Shown here one piece after another: positions 8,340 through 17,377 of a DNA stretch of 26,602 bases. The stretch covers positions 1 through 26,602 of the forward strand of contig CBFIGT010000021.1 in assembly GCA_965662175.1 (NCBI GenBank). Direction: 5' to 3'. The notes below the pieces were generated by a model. The model was not told the DNA's origin, ran no database searches, and worked only from the letters and a program-made list of their open reading frames with translations. Positions within the stretch are counted from its first letter, which is position 1, and each line of letters begins with the position of its first letter. Position numbers and translations under genes: made by a program. The stretch is from Arcobacter sp. GTDB taxonomy: Bacteria; Campylobacterota; Campylobacteria; Campylobacterales; Arcobacteraceae.

Positions 8340-10250
8340 ATGTCAAATAACTTACTTCAAAAACAAGCAGATACAATTAGATTTTTAGCTTCTGATATGG
8401 TTCAAAAAGCGAAATCAGGACATCCTGGGGCTCCTATGGGTCTTGCAGATATTGCAACGGTATTAAGTAAACACTTAAATGTAAATCCAAATAATTCACA
8501 ATGGTTAAATAGAGATAGATTAGTATTTTCAGGTGGTCATGCAACAGGATTAGTTTATTCATTATTACACTTATGGGGATTTGATGTAACAATTGATGAT
8601 ATTAAAAACTTTAGACAAACTCATTCTAAAACTCCAGGTCACCCTGAATATGGTCATACTCATGGAGTTGAGATTACAACTGGACCTTTAGGTCAAGGTA
8701 TTGCAAATGCAGTTGGTTTTGCAATGGCTGCAAAATATGCAAAAAATATTTTAAGTTCTGATGTAATTAATCATAAAGTTTACTGTTTATGTGGTGATGG
8801 GGATTTACAAGAAGGGCTTTCTTATGAAGCAACTGCAACAGCTGGTCACTTAGGACTTGATAATTTAGTTATTATTTATGATTCAAATGAAATTACAATT
8901 GAGGGTGATACTTCTATTGCTTGGAGTGAAGATGTTAAGAAAAGATTTGAAGCTATTGATTTTGAAGTTTTAGAGATTGATGGACATGATTTTACTCAAA
9001 TTGATGAAGCTTTAGTTAAAGCAAAAGATGCTTCTAAACCTGTTATGATTATTGCACATACAGCTATTGGAAAAGGTGCTGCTACTATGGAGGGAAGTCA
9101 TCATACACATGGTGCTCCTTTAGGTGAAGAAGAGATTGCAGCTTCAAAAGTAAAAGCTGGATTTAATCCTGAAGAGAAGTTTGTAGTTCCTGCTGAAGTA
9201 AAAGCTGCCTTTGATAAATCACAAACAGGTGCAGAAATTGAAAAAGCATGGAATGATTCATTATCAAATGAAGCAAAAACAGAAATTGAAAAACTACAAA
9301 ATCCTGATTTTGATTCTATTGTTTATCCTGAGTTTGAAGCTGATACTTCAGTTGCAACAAGAGATTCAAATCATAAAATCTTAAATGCTATCTCTGAAGC
9401 TATTCCTGGATTTATGGGTGGAAGTGCCGATTTAGCTCCATCTAATAAAACAGAATTAAAAGGTGCTGGTGATTTCCCAAATGGTAAAAATATTCACTTT
9501 GGTATCAAAGAGCATGCTATGGCATCTATTTGTAATGCAATGAATTTATATGGATTATTTAGAGTATTCTCAGCAACTTTCTTTGTATTTTCTGATTATT
9601 TAAAACCAGCAGCTAGAATTGCAGCTCTTGCTTCAATCCCACAACATTTTGTATGGACTCATGATAGTATTGGTGTTGGAGAAGATGGTCCAACTCACCA
9701 ACCAATTGAGCATTTAACACAATTTAGAGCATTACCAAACTTTTATACATTTAGACCAGCAGATGCAAGCGAAAATGTAAAATGTTGGCAAACTGCACTT
9801 AAAATAAATGCTCCAACTGCATTTGTATGCTCAAGACAAGGATTAAAAGTCTTAAAAGATGATAGAGCATTTGGAGATGTGGAAAATGGTGCATACTTAG
9901 TTAAAAAAAGAGATAATGCAAGTGTTACTATTATGGCTAGTGGTAGTGAGCTTATGTTAGCACTACAAACAGCTTGTTCTTTAGAGGAAGAGGGAGTTAT
10001 TGCAAATGTTGTTTCAGTTCCTTGTTATGACTTATTTATAGAGCAAGAAGCATCTTATATTGATCATGTAATTGATAAAAATACAAAAGTATTTGCTGTT
10101 GAAGCTGCCCGTGGATTAGAGTATTATAAATTTGCTGATGTAGTTATTGGTATGGATACATTTGGTGCATCAGGTCCTGCAAATGATTTATTTGATGAGT
10201 TTGGATTTACAGTTCCAAAATTAAAAGCTAATATTTTACGAAACTTATAA
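8340..10250 (+). CDS. tkt: Transketolase
   Basis: SGHPGAPMG, TTGPLGQG, GDGDLQEG TPP motif, THDSIGVGEDGPTHQP. Confidence 0.98.
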   Translation: MSNNLLQKQADTIRFLASDMVQKAKSGHPGAPMGLADIATVLSKHLNVNPNNSQWLNRDRLVFSGGHATGLVYSLLHLWGFDVTIDDIKNFRQTHSKTPGHPEYGHTHGVEITTGPLGQGIANAVGFAMAAKYAKNILSSDVINHKVYCLCGDGDLQEGLSYEATATAGHLGLDNLVIIYDSNEITIEGDTSIAWSEDVKKRFEAIDFEVLEIDGHDFTQIDEALVKAKDASKPVMIIAHTAIGKGAATMEGSHHTHGAPLGEEEIAASKVKAGFNPEEKFVVPAEVKAAFDKSQTGAEIEKAWNDSLSNEAKTEIEKLQNPDFDSIVYPEFEADTSVATRDSNHKILNAISEAIPGFMGGSADLAPSNKTELKGAGDFPNGKNIHFGIKEHAMASICNAMNLYGLFRVFSATFFVFSDYLKPAARIAALASIPQHFVWTHDSIGVGEDGPTHQPIEHLTQFRALPNFYTFRPADASENVKCWQTALKINAPTAFVCSRQGLKVLKDDRAFGDVENGAYLVKKRDNASVTIMASGSELMLALQTACSLEEEGVIANVVSVPCYDLFIEQEASYIDHVIDKNTKVFAVEAARGLEYYKFADVVIGMDTFGASGPANDLFDEFGFTVPKLKANILRNL

Positions 10251-10266
10251 TTAATTCTTACAAAAA

Positions 10267-10302
10267 GCATAGATGAAATTTTTCATCTATGCATCTTTTT
10301 TT
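10267..10302 (+). terminator. Intrinsic terminator after tkt
   Basis: 11-bp stem GCATAGATGAA / TTCATCTATGC with a 4-nt loop, followed by ATC and a T7 run. Confidence 0.8.
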
Positions 10303-10369
10303 ATTTTCTCAACTTTTTTTTATATTAAATCCATATAATGACTCTATATTATTTTAATGGAGTTTATTT

Positions 10370-11224
10370 ATGTCAATAGGATTTATAGGACTTGGAAATT
10401 TAGGTAGTGCAATTACGACACGGTTAAAAGAGCAGGGTGAAGATGTAATTATTTATAATAGAAACAAAGAAAAAATAAAAGATATGGATTTTCAAAAAGC
10501 TGAAACTCCAAAAGAGTTATTAATTTCTTGTGATGTTATATTTATGTGTTTGTTTGATTCAAATGCAGTTAACAATATTTTATCAATGGAAAATGGTTTA
10601 CTTTGTAAAGAGCTTACAGGTAAGACTATTATCGATTTAACAACAAACCACTATAGCGATGTTTTAAAGTTTCATGATGCTGTAGATGGTATTGGTGGAT
10701 ATTATTTAGAAAATCCAGTTTTTGGAAGTGTTGCTCCTGCATTAATTGGTGCCTTAACTGTTGTTGCTTCTGGTAAAGAAGAGGTATTTAATAAACAAAA
10801 ACCACTTTTGGAAAAAATCGCAAAAGAGATTTTCTTTTTAGAAACTCCATCAAGTGCTACAAAAATGAAACTTATAAACAATCTTTGTTTAGGTTCATTT
10901 ATGGCAACCCTTGCTGAGTGCACTTCTTTAGCTGAAAATTGTAGTATTGATAAAGCTAAAGCTTTGGAGATTTTAGGAGTTGGTGGTGGTCAATCACTTG
11001 TGCTTAAAGCAAAAACTCAAAAACTAATAGATGAAGATTTTTCACCTCATTTTTCAAATAGTGCTATAAATAAAGATTTGCATCTTTTACAAGATTTAGC
11101 ATATGAATTAAATCAACCACTTTATACAGCAGCTATTCCAAAAGAGCTATTCTCAAAAATGAGAATGGATGGAAGAGGGGATGAAGATTTTTCTTCGATT
11201 TATCAACTGTTTAAAAATAAATAA
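10370..11224 (+). CDS. NAD(P)-dependent beta-hydroxyacid dehydrogenase (3-hydroxyisobutyrate dehydrogenase / glyoxylate-succinic semialdehyde reductase family)
   Basis: GFIGLGNLG, YNRN, ENPVFGS, catalytic MKLINN, KDL. TATAAT at 10334-10339 and GGAG SD upstream. Confidence 0.88.
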   Translation: MSIGFIGLGNLGSAITTRLKEQGEDVIIYNRNKEKIKDMDFQKAETPKELLISCDVIFMCLFDSNAVNNILSMENGLLCKELTGKTIIDLTTNHYSDVLKFHDAVDGIGGYYLENPVFGSVAPALIGALTVVASGKEEVFNKQKPLLEKIAKEIFFLETPSSATKMKLINNLCLGSFMATLAECTSLAENCSIDKAKALEILGVGGGQSLVLKAKTQKLIDEDFSPHFSNSAINKDLHLLQDLAYELNQPLYTAAIPKELFSKMRMDGRGDEDFSSIYQLFKNK

Positions 11225-11233
11225 GGATTTAAA

Positions 11234-11626
11234 ATGCCACACTTACAATTTGAATTAAATAAAAAAATTTCTGATGAAACAAAAGAGGAGTTTATTTATG
11301 AAATAAGAGATTGTTTTTCCCAAGTTATGGATACAGGAACTGATCATATAGCTATTTCTATTAGGGAGTATAATAAATATAATCTCTCTATTGGAAGAGC
11401 TGATTTTAAAGATGATGTCTGTTTGATGAATCTTGATATTAGAGAGGGAAGGACAATTGAAAAAAGAAGAGAGTTGGCATTGAGGTTTATGGATATTGTT
11501 AGAAATAATTTAGGAATAAAGCAAAAAAATCAATATATAACATTCACAGAGCATAAGGGTGAGGATTTTCATTTAGTTGAAAAATTCTTGGCAAATTGGG
11601 AAACTGGCGAAGATCCTCTCGTTTAA
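11234..11626 (+). CDS. Tautomerase-superfamily protein (double beta-alpha-beta size, catalytic Pro1)
   Basis: Begins M-P; DIREGRTIEKRRELA motif; AAGGA SD. Confidence 0.75.
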   Translation: MPHLQFELNKKISDETKEEFIYEIRDCFSQVMDTGTDHIAISIREYNKYNLSIGRADFKDDVCLMNLDIREGRTIEKRRELALRFMDIVRNNLGIKQKNQYITFTEHKGEDFHLVEKFLANWETGEDPLV

Positions 11627-11652
11627 TTTAAAAAAACTACTATAAATTTATA

Positions 11653-11699
11653 TTAATATATCAAGATATCTTGATATATTAAATATTTTTAGCTATACT
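11653..11699 (+). promoter_or_regulatory. ars promoter (-35 TTGATA 11671-11676, 17-bp spacer, -10 TATACT 11694-11699) overlapped by a 30-bp perfect palindrome, probable ArsR operator
   Basis: TTAATATATCAAGATATCTTGATATATTAA (11653-11682) is a perfect inverted repeat covering the -35 box. Confidence 0.75.
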
Positions 11700-11723
11700 T
11701 TCTAAAAAATTTTTGATAATAAT

Positions 11724-11835
11724 ATGCAAATCTTCTTAAACTATATTTGATTAGTTTAGAAAAACTGCAATCAAAGAGATTATGACTTTAGATATGGAAT
11801 TTCCACAAATAAAAAGGGCTTATAATAATGACTGA
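11724..11835 (+). pseudogene. arsR: Internally deleted arsR remnant
   Basis: ATG 11724 gives MQIFLNYI*. A second frame from 11746 gives FD*FRKTAIKEIMTLDMEFPQIKRAYNND*. These resemble, from memory, the extreme N- and C-termini of Campylobacterota ArsR; the position between promoter/operator and ars genes fits. Confidence 0.55.
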
Positions 11836-12181
11836 AACACTTTTTGTGTATGGCACACTTATGCCAAACTGTCCCAATGGGCATGTTTTAGAAAATATAG
11901 TTGGTAAATTTGTGCCAGCTACTGTAAAAGGAAAACTTGTAGATGCAGGTTGGAGTGCTAGTATGGGTTATCCTGGTATTAGACTTGATAAACAAAATGA
12001 TACTATTCATGGATATCTGTTTTATTCTAGTAATTTAATTAATCATTGGGATTATTTAGATGAGTTTGAGGGTGAAGAGTTTGAAAGAACTCCTGTAACA
12101 GTTGAGAGATATGATGAGCTTGAAGTTGAAACATATATTTATACATTAAAACATGAAATTTATGAAATGGAAGAGTTATGA
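11828..12181 (+). CDS. Gamma-glutamylcyclotransferase (AIG2/BtrG-like) family protein
   Basis: LFVYGTL, GYPG, LDEFEG..FER, TYIY motifs. ATGA overlap with arsB. Confidence 0.85.
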   Translation: MTETLFVYGTLMPNCPNGHVLENIVGKFVPATVKGKLVDAGWSASMGYPGIRLDKQNDTIHGYLFYSSNLINHWDYLDEFEGEEFERTPVTVERYDELEVETYIYTLKHEIYEMEEL

Positions 12182-13431
12182 TTCTTGCTGGTTTAATATT
12201 TTTAGTAACCCTTATATTTGTAATATGGCAACCTAAAAACTTACAAATAGGTACAAGCGCTGTAATTGGTGCTATTGTTGCTTTAGTTCTTGGAGTTGTT
12301 AGTTTAAATGATGTTTTGATTGTTACAGATATTGTTTGGGATGCTACTTTAGCATTTATTGGGATTATTATTTTATCTATGGTTTTAGATGAGATTGGAT
12401 TTTTTGAGTGGTGTGCTATTAAAATGGCGAAACTATCAAAGGGAAATGGACAACTTATGTTTGTTTATGCTTTGATTTTAGGTTCATTTGTTTCAGCACT
12501 TTTTGCAAATGATGGAGCAGCTTTAATTTTAACTCCAATATTATTGGCAAAAATGAGAATATTAAAACTTAATGCTAAAACAATTTTAGCATTTTTACTT
12601 GCAGGTGGATTTATTAGTGATAGTGCATCACTTCCTTTTGTATTTTCAAACCTTACAAATATAGTAACAGCAAACTATTTTGATATAGGATTTATAGAGT
12701 ATCTATCAAATATGATTATTCCTTATATTGTAAGTACAATAGTTTCAATAATTGTATTATGGTTAATTTTAAGAAAAGATATTCCAAAAAGTGTTGATGT
12801 GTCACTACTTAAAAACCCAGATGATGTATTAAAAAGTAAATCACTGTTTAAGTTCTCATGGATATTTTTAGCTCTTTTACTACTAGGATATTTTATCGGT
12901 GATAACTATAACTTACCTGTATCTTTATTTGCTTTAGGTGGTGGATTGATATTTTTAGTTATTGCTAGTGTGTCAAAACATGCAAATGCTAAAGAGATTA
13001 TAAAAACAGCACCTTGGCAAGTTGTTTGGTTTAGTATAGGGCTTTATATAGTTGTTTATGGTCTTAAAAATGCTGGATTAACTGATTATTTAACAACTAT
13101 ATTAAAAGATTTATCAATGCAAGGTGATTTTATAGCAATAATGGGAACAGGTTTTTTATCTGCATTTTTAAGTGCAATTATGAATAATATGCCAACAGTT
13201 ATGATTATGGATATAGCACTTCAAGATATTGGAAATCAAACCTTAGCATATGCAAATATTATTGGGTGTAACTTAGGACCTAAAATGACTCCATTTGGTA
13301 GTCTTGCTACGCTATTATGGTTACATGTTTTATCACAAAAAGGTGTTAAAATTGGTTTTTGGCAATATAGTAAGTTTGGTTTAATTGTAACACCACCGGT
13401 GTTATTTATAGTTTTATTAACATTAATATAG
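12178..13431 (+). CDS. arsB: Arsenite efflux permease ArsB
   Basis: IWQPK, ANDGAALILTP, SNLTNIV, MNNMPTV, LGPKMTPFGSLATLLWLHVL. Confidence 0.95.
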   Translation: MILAGLIFLVTLIFVIWQPKNLQIGTSAVIGAIVALVLGVVSLNDVLIVTDIVWDATLAFIGIIILSMVLDEIGFFEWCAIKMAKLSKGNGQLMFVYALILGSFVSALFANDGAALILTPILLAKMRILKLNAKTILAFLLAGGFISDSASLPFVFSNLTNIVTANYFDIGFIEYLSNMIIPYIVSTIVSIIVLWLILRKDIPKSVDVSLLKNPDDVLKSKSLFKFSWIFLALLLLGYFIGDNYNLPVSLFALGGGLIFLVIASVSKHANAKEIIKTAPWQVVWFSIGLYIVVYGLKNAGLTDYLTTILKDLSMQGDFIAIMGTGFLSAFLSAIMNNMPTVMIMDIALQDIGNQTLAYANIIGCNLGPKMTPFGSLATLLWLHVLSQKGVKIGFWQYSKFGLIVTPPVLFIVLLTLI

Positions 13432-13434
13432 GAG

Positions 13435-13543
13435 TATGATTTAAAGTTTTTTGTTTTCACTTAGGCTTCACTTTGGGTACCCCAAAATCAAAGATTTTGA
13501 CCCTAAAGTTGCAGAACCGTTCTAACAATAAATTTAAATCATA
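13435..13543. repeat. Nested inverted-repeat (long hairpin) element between arsB and arsC
   Basis: Outer TATGATTTAAA (13435-45) / TTTAAATCATA (13533-43); middle ACTTTGGGT / ACCCTAAAGT; inner CAAAATC-AAA-GATTTTG (13483-99). Confidence 0.7.
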
Positions 13544-13576
13544 AGTTTAAAATCTAAAAAATAAAGGATAAAAAAA

Positions 13577-13978
13577 ATGGAAAAAAAAGTATTGATTTTA
13601 TGTACAGGAAATTCTTGTAGAAGTATTATTGCTGAGGCTTTAATAAATGCTAAATTAGAAGGAATTTCTAGTGATTCAAGTGGTGTAAGAGCTAGTGGTA
13701 GAGTAAATCCTAATGCTAAAAAACTATTAGAAGATAAAGGTATTTGGAAAGAGGAGTATCACTCAAAAACTATTGATAAAGTTATAGATAATGAGTATGA
13801 TTTAGTAGTTACAGTTTGTGACCATGCAAATGAAACTTGTCCTATGTTCCCAAAAGTTACTAAAGTGATTCATGTTGGATTTGAAGACCCAGATGGAAAA
13901 GGTTTTGAGGCATTTGAAGAGACTTATAAAGAGATTGAAGAGATACTTTTACCAAAAGTTCTTGAGGCTTTAAAATAG
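13577..13978 (+). CDS. arsC: Arsenate reductase, LMW-PTP (thioredoxin-coupled) type
   Basis: CTGNSCRS P-loop, VTVCD...CP resolving cysteines, FEDP. Confidence 0.93.
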   Translation: MEKKVLILCTGNSCRSIIAEALINAKLEGISSDSSGVRASGRVNPNAKKLLEDKGIWKEEYHSKTIDKVIDNEYDLVVTVCDHANETCPMFPKVTKVIHVGFEDPDGKGFEAFEETYKEIEEILLPKVLEALK

Positions 13979-14061
13979 ATGTTTGAATAATGATGAGATA
14001 AAAGCCTTTTTTTAAAAACTATTCAGATATAGTAAAAAAAAATTTAATATAAAGTAATATC

Positions 14062-14949
14062 TTGAATGAAAATAGATTAGGGCAATTGTATGCTATTTTA
14101 GCATTTACTTTTTGGGGTGCAATTGCTCCTATTTATTTTAAACAAGTTGCTAGTGTAGAGCCATTAGAGGTTTTAATACATAGAATTTTTTGGTCATTTT
14201 TAATATTAATTCCTTTACTTTTTATTACAAAACAAGTGGATGTTTTTAAAGCACTTATAAAAGATTTTAAAAAACTAAAATATCTTTTATTTAGTACATT
14301 TTTTATCTCATTAAACTGGCTTGTATTTATTTGGGCTGTTGCAAATGATAAAATTATGGAAACATCACTTGGATACTATATTAATCCACTACTTAGTGTA
14401 TTTTTAGGATATATATTCTTTAGTGAAAGGATGAGCAAATATCAATATATTGCTATTTTTATAGCTTTTTTAGCTGTTTTTTATCAATTAATTAGCTTAG
14501 GTTCAATTCCAATAGTTTCTTTAACATTGGCATTTAGTTTTGCTTTTTATGGAATGATTCGAAAAAGAGTAAATATAGGCTCTATTGTTGGGCTATTTAT
14601 TGAAACTTTGATACTAATGCCTTTTGCTTTACTTGGAATTTACTACTTAATTACTACAAATAAAATATCATTTTTACACTCAACAAGCGATATTGATATT
14701 TTTTTAAGTTTAGGAGGAGTAATTACAATTATTCCTTTGCTTCTATTTAATGGAGCTGCAACTAGAATGAGTTTAACAAGCTTAGGATTTTTTCAATATA
14801 TTGGCCCAAGTTGCTCTTTTTTATTAGCTCTTTTTATTTATAATGAAGCTTTCAATAGTGATAAATTTATTACTTTTTTTCTTATTTGGTTTGCGCTTGT
14901 AATTTTCTCACTAGATTCAATTAATACTAAATATAAGAGTAGAAAATAG
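14062..14949 (+). CDS. rarD: EamA/DMT-family transporter RarD
   Basis: HRIFWS, NWLVFIWAV, SLGYYINPL, GFFQYIGP. TTG start. Confidence 0.9.
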   Translation: MNENRLGQLYAILAFTFWGAIAPIYFKQVASVEPLEVLIHRIFWSFLILIPLLFITKQVDVFKALIKDFKKLKYLLFSTFFISLNWLVFIWAVANDKIMETSLGYYINPLLSVFLGYIFFSERMSKYQYIAIFIAFLAVFYQLISLGSIPIVSLTLAFSFAFYGMIRKRVNIGSIVGLFIETLILMPFALLGIYYLITTNKISFLHSTSDIDIFLSLGGVITIIPLLLFNGAATRMSLTSLGFFQYIGPSCSFLLALFIYNEAFNSDKFITFFLIWFALVIFSLDSINTKYKSRK

Positions 14950-14974
14950 CTTTATCATTAAATTAGATTTTTTT

Positions 14975-14983
14975 TGATATAAT
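14975..14983 (+). promoter_or_regulatory. Extended -10 promoter (TGATATAAT) for the purE operon
   Basis: TGnTATAAT about 32 nt before the purE ATG; AAGGA SD. Confidence 0.65.
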
Positions 14984-15015
14984 CGCAACTATTTATAAAA
15001 TACCAAAGGAAAAAT

Positions 15016-15510
15016 ATGAATTTTGTTTCAATTATTATGGGTAGCAAATCAGATTATGAAATCATGAAAAATTGTGCTGATACATTTGAAAAGTTCAATG
15101 TAAAATATGAGATGATTATATCATCAGCGCATAGATCTCCCCAACGAACAAAAGATTATGTAAAAAGTGCTGAAGAAAAGGGTGCTGTTGCATTTATAGC
15201 TGCTGCTGGTATGGCTGCACACTTAGCTGGAGCATTAGCTGCAAGTACAACTAAACCTGTAATTGGAGTTCCTATGAAAGGTGGAGCAATGGATGGTATG
15301 GATGCTATGCTTTCTACTGTTCAAATGCCATCAGGAATGCCTGTTGCAACAGTTGCCCTTGGAAAAGCAGGTGCAATTAATGCAGCATATTTAGCAATGC
15401 AAATTTTAGCAATTACTGATAAAGAGTTAGCAATTAAGTTAAAAGAGGACAGAATTGTTAAAGAAAAAGCTGTTGAAATTGATTCTAAAAGTATTGAAGT
15501 ATTAATCTAA
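15016..15510 (+). CDS. purE: N5-carboxyaminoimidazole ribonucleotide mutase
   Basis: IMGSKSD, SAHRSP, AGMAAHL, STVQMPSGMPVATV. Confidence 0.97.
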   Translation: MNFVSIIMGSKSDYEIMKNCADTFEKFNVKYEMIISSAHRSPQRTKDYVKSAEEKGAVAFIAAAGMAAHLAGALAASTTKPVIGVPMKGGAMDGMDAMLSTVQMPSGMPVATVALGKAGAINAAYLAMQILAITDKELAIKLKEDRIVKEKAVEIDSKSIEVLI

Positions 15511-15743
15511 TGAAAAATGTTGCCTTATTTACACTACCAAATTGTAAATGGTGTAATGAAGCTAGAGCTTATTTCAAGGCAAAAAAGATTAGATACAATC
15601 AAATAGATCTATCCACAAATAAAAAAGCTTTGAGTGATTGCAAAAAACAAGGGTGCAAAGGTGCTCCTGTAGTTTTGGTTGAGAACACTTGGATTTGTGG
15701 TTTTGATAAAAATAAAATAAACAAAGCATTAGGAATAAAATAG
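15510..15743 (+). CDS. Glutaredoxin/NrdH-like redoxin
   Basis: CKWC active site, cis-Pro motif GAPVV, ICGFD; 77 aa. Confidence 0.85.
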   Translation: MKNVALFTLPNCKWCNEARAYFKAKKIRYNQIDLSTNKKALSDCKKQGCKGAPVVLVENTWICGFDKNKINKALGIK

Positions 15744-16625
15744 ATGATTACATTTTCACAACTTCTTTTAAAATTACAACAATTTTGGGCAGAGCAAGGT
15801 TGCAATATTGTTCAGCCTTATGATATCCCAGCAGGAGCTGGAACTTTTCACCCAGCAACACTTTTAAGAAGTTTAGACTCAACACCTTGGAGTACAGCTT
15901 ATGTTGCACCAAGTCGTAGACCAACTGATGGAAGATATGGTGAGAATCCTAATAGATTAGGAGCTTATTACCAATTTCAAGTTTTAATAAAACCAAGTCC
16001 TGATAATATCCAAGACTTATACTTACAATCTTTAGAGTATTTAGGTTTAGATATCTCTAAACATGATATTAGATTTGTAGAAGATAACTGGGAATCACCA
16101 ACACTAGGTGCTTGGGGACTTGGATGGGAAGTATGGCTTGATGGTATGGAAGTTACTCAATTTACATATTTCCAACAAGTAGGTGGAGTAGCATGTGATC
16201 CTGTTGCCGTTGAAATTACATATGGAACAGAGAGACTTGCTATGTATTTACAAGAGGTTGATTCTGTATTTGATATAGTATGGAATGAAAATGCACATGG
16301 TAAAACTACTTATGCTGATGTACATAAAGAGGGTGAATATGAGTTTTCAAAATATAATTTTGAAGTTGCAAATGTAGAGATGCTTTTTAAACACTTTGAT
16401 GATGCTTTTAATGAGTGTAAATCATGTTTAGAAGCAGGCTTACCTCTTCCTGCTTATGACCAGTGTATGATAGCTTCACATGCTTTTAATACATTAGATG
16501 CTAGAAAAGCTATATCTGTAACTGAGAGACAAAACTATATTCTAAAAGTAAGAGAGTTATCTCAAGGTTGTGCTATTTTATATAAAGAGCAAGAGCCACA
16601 AAGACTTAAAAGAATAGGTAAATAA
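15744..16625 (+). CDS. glyQ: Glycine-tRNA ligase alpha subunit
   Basis: [39 protein letters not shown]. Confidence 0.98.
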   Translation: MITFSQLLLKLQQFWAEQGCNIVQPYDIPAGAGTFHPATLLRSLDSTPWSTAYVAPSRRPTDGRYGENPNRLGAYYQFQVLIKPSPDNIQDLYLQSLEYLGLDISKHDIRFVEDNWESPTLGAWGLGWEVWLDGMEVTQFTYFQQVGGVACDPVAVEITYGTERLAMYLQEVDSVFDIVWNENAHGKTTYADVHKEGEYEFSKYNFEVANVEMLFKHFDDAFNECKSCLEAGLPLPAYDQCMIASHAFNTLDARKAISVTERQNYILKVRELSQGCAILYKEQEPQRLKRIGK

Positions 16626-17377
16626 TGAAAATAAAAGATATTTATGATTATTTAGATCTTATCTCACCTTTTGAATTACAAGAAAAATGGGATAATTCAG
16701 GATTAATTGTAGGTAGTTTTGATGATGAGTTCAATAAAATTTATATCTCTATTGACTTGGATGAAGAGTTGGTTGATGAAATAGATGAAAACTCTTTGGT
16801 TATAACTCATCATCCATTGATTTTTTCACCACTAAAAAGAGTTAATTTTGATTCTTATTCAACTAAGATTTTAAGAAAATTAATTCAAAAAAATATATCT
16901 TTAATCTCTATGCATACAAATATTGATAAAACACATCTTAATAAATATGTTGGTAAAGATATTTTAGGATTAGAAATTGAAGAAACAGATGAATTTATTT
17001 CTTATGCAAATGTAAATAGCTCTTTTGATGAGTTTTATAAAACTATTGCTTCTAACTTAGGCTTAGAAGAGTTGAAATATGTAAAATGTAGTGATGAGGT
17101 GAAAAAAGTAGCACTTGTTACAGGTGCTGGAATGTCTTTAATTAGTGAAGTTAAGGCTGACTGTTTTTTAACAGGTGATATAAAATATCATGATGCCATG
17201 GAAGCAAAAAGTAGAGGAATATCATTAATTGACATAAGACACTATGAAAGTGAACATCACTTTAGTTCCCTTTTATTAGGACTTATTGAAGATTATTTGA
17301 AAATAAATAAATTAAAAGCTATAATATCAGATTCAAAAAATCCATTCAGTTTTTATAGTACAAGGAGAAACGGTTGA
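16625..17377 (+). CDS. Nif3/YbgI (DUF34) dinuclear metal-centre protein
   Basis: WDNSGL, ITHHPLIF, HTNID, TGDIKYH, HYESE. Confidence 0.93.
   Translation: MKIKDIYDYLDLISPFELQEKWDNSGLIVGSFDDEFNKIYISIDLDEELVDEIDENSLVITHHPLIFSPLKRVNFDSYSTKILRKLIQKNISLISMHTNIDKTHLNKYVGKDILGLEIEETDEFISYANVNSSFDEFYKTIASNLGLEELKYVKCSDEVKKVALVTGAGMSLISEVKADCFLTGDIKYHDAMEAKSRGISLIDIRHYESEHHFSSLLLGLIEDYLKINKLKAIISDSKNPFSFYSTRRNG

Noticed and set aside
13964..14013. AGGCTTT...AAAGCCT followed by a T-run after arsC as a terminator
   Set aside because: The arms are separated by about 28 nt, too long a loop for a confident intrinsic terminator call.
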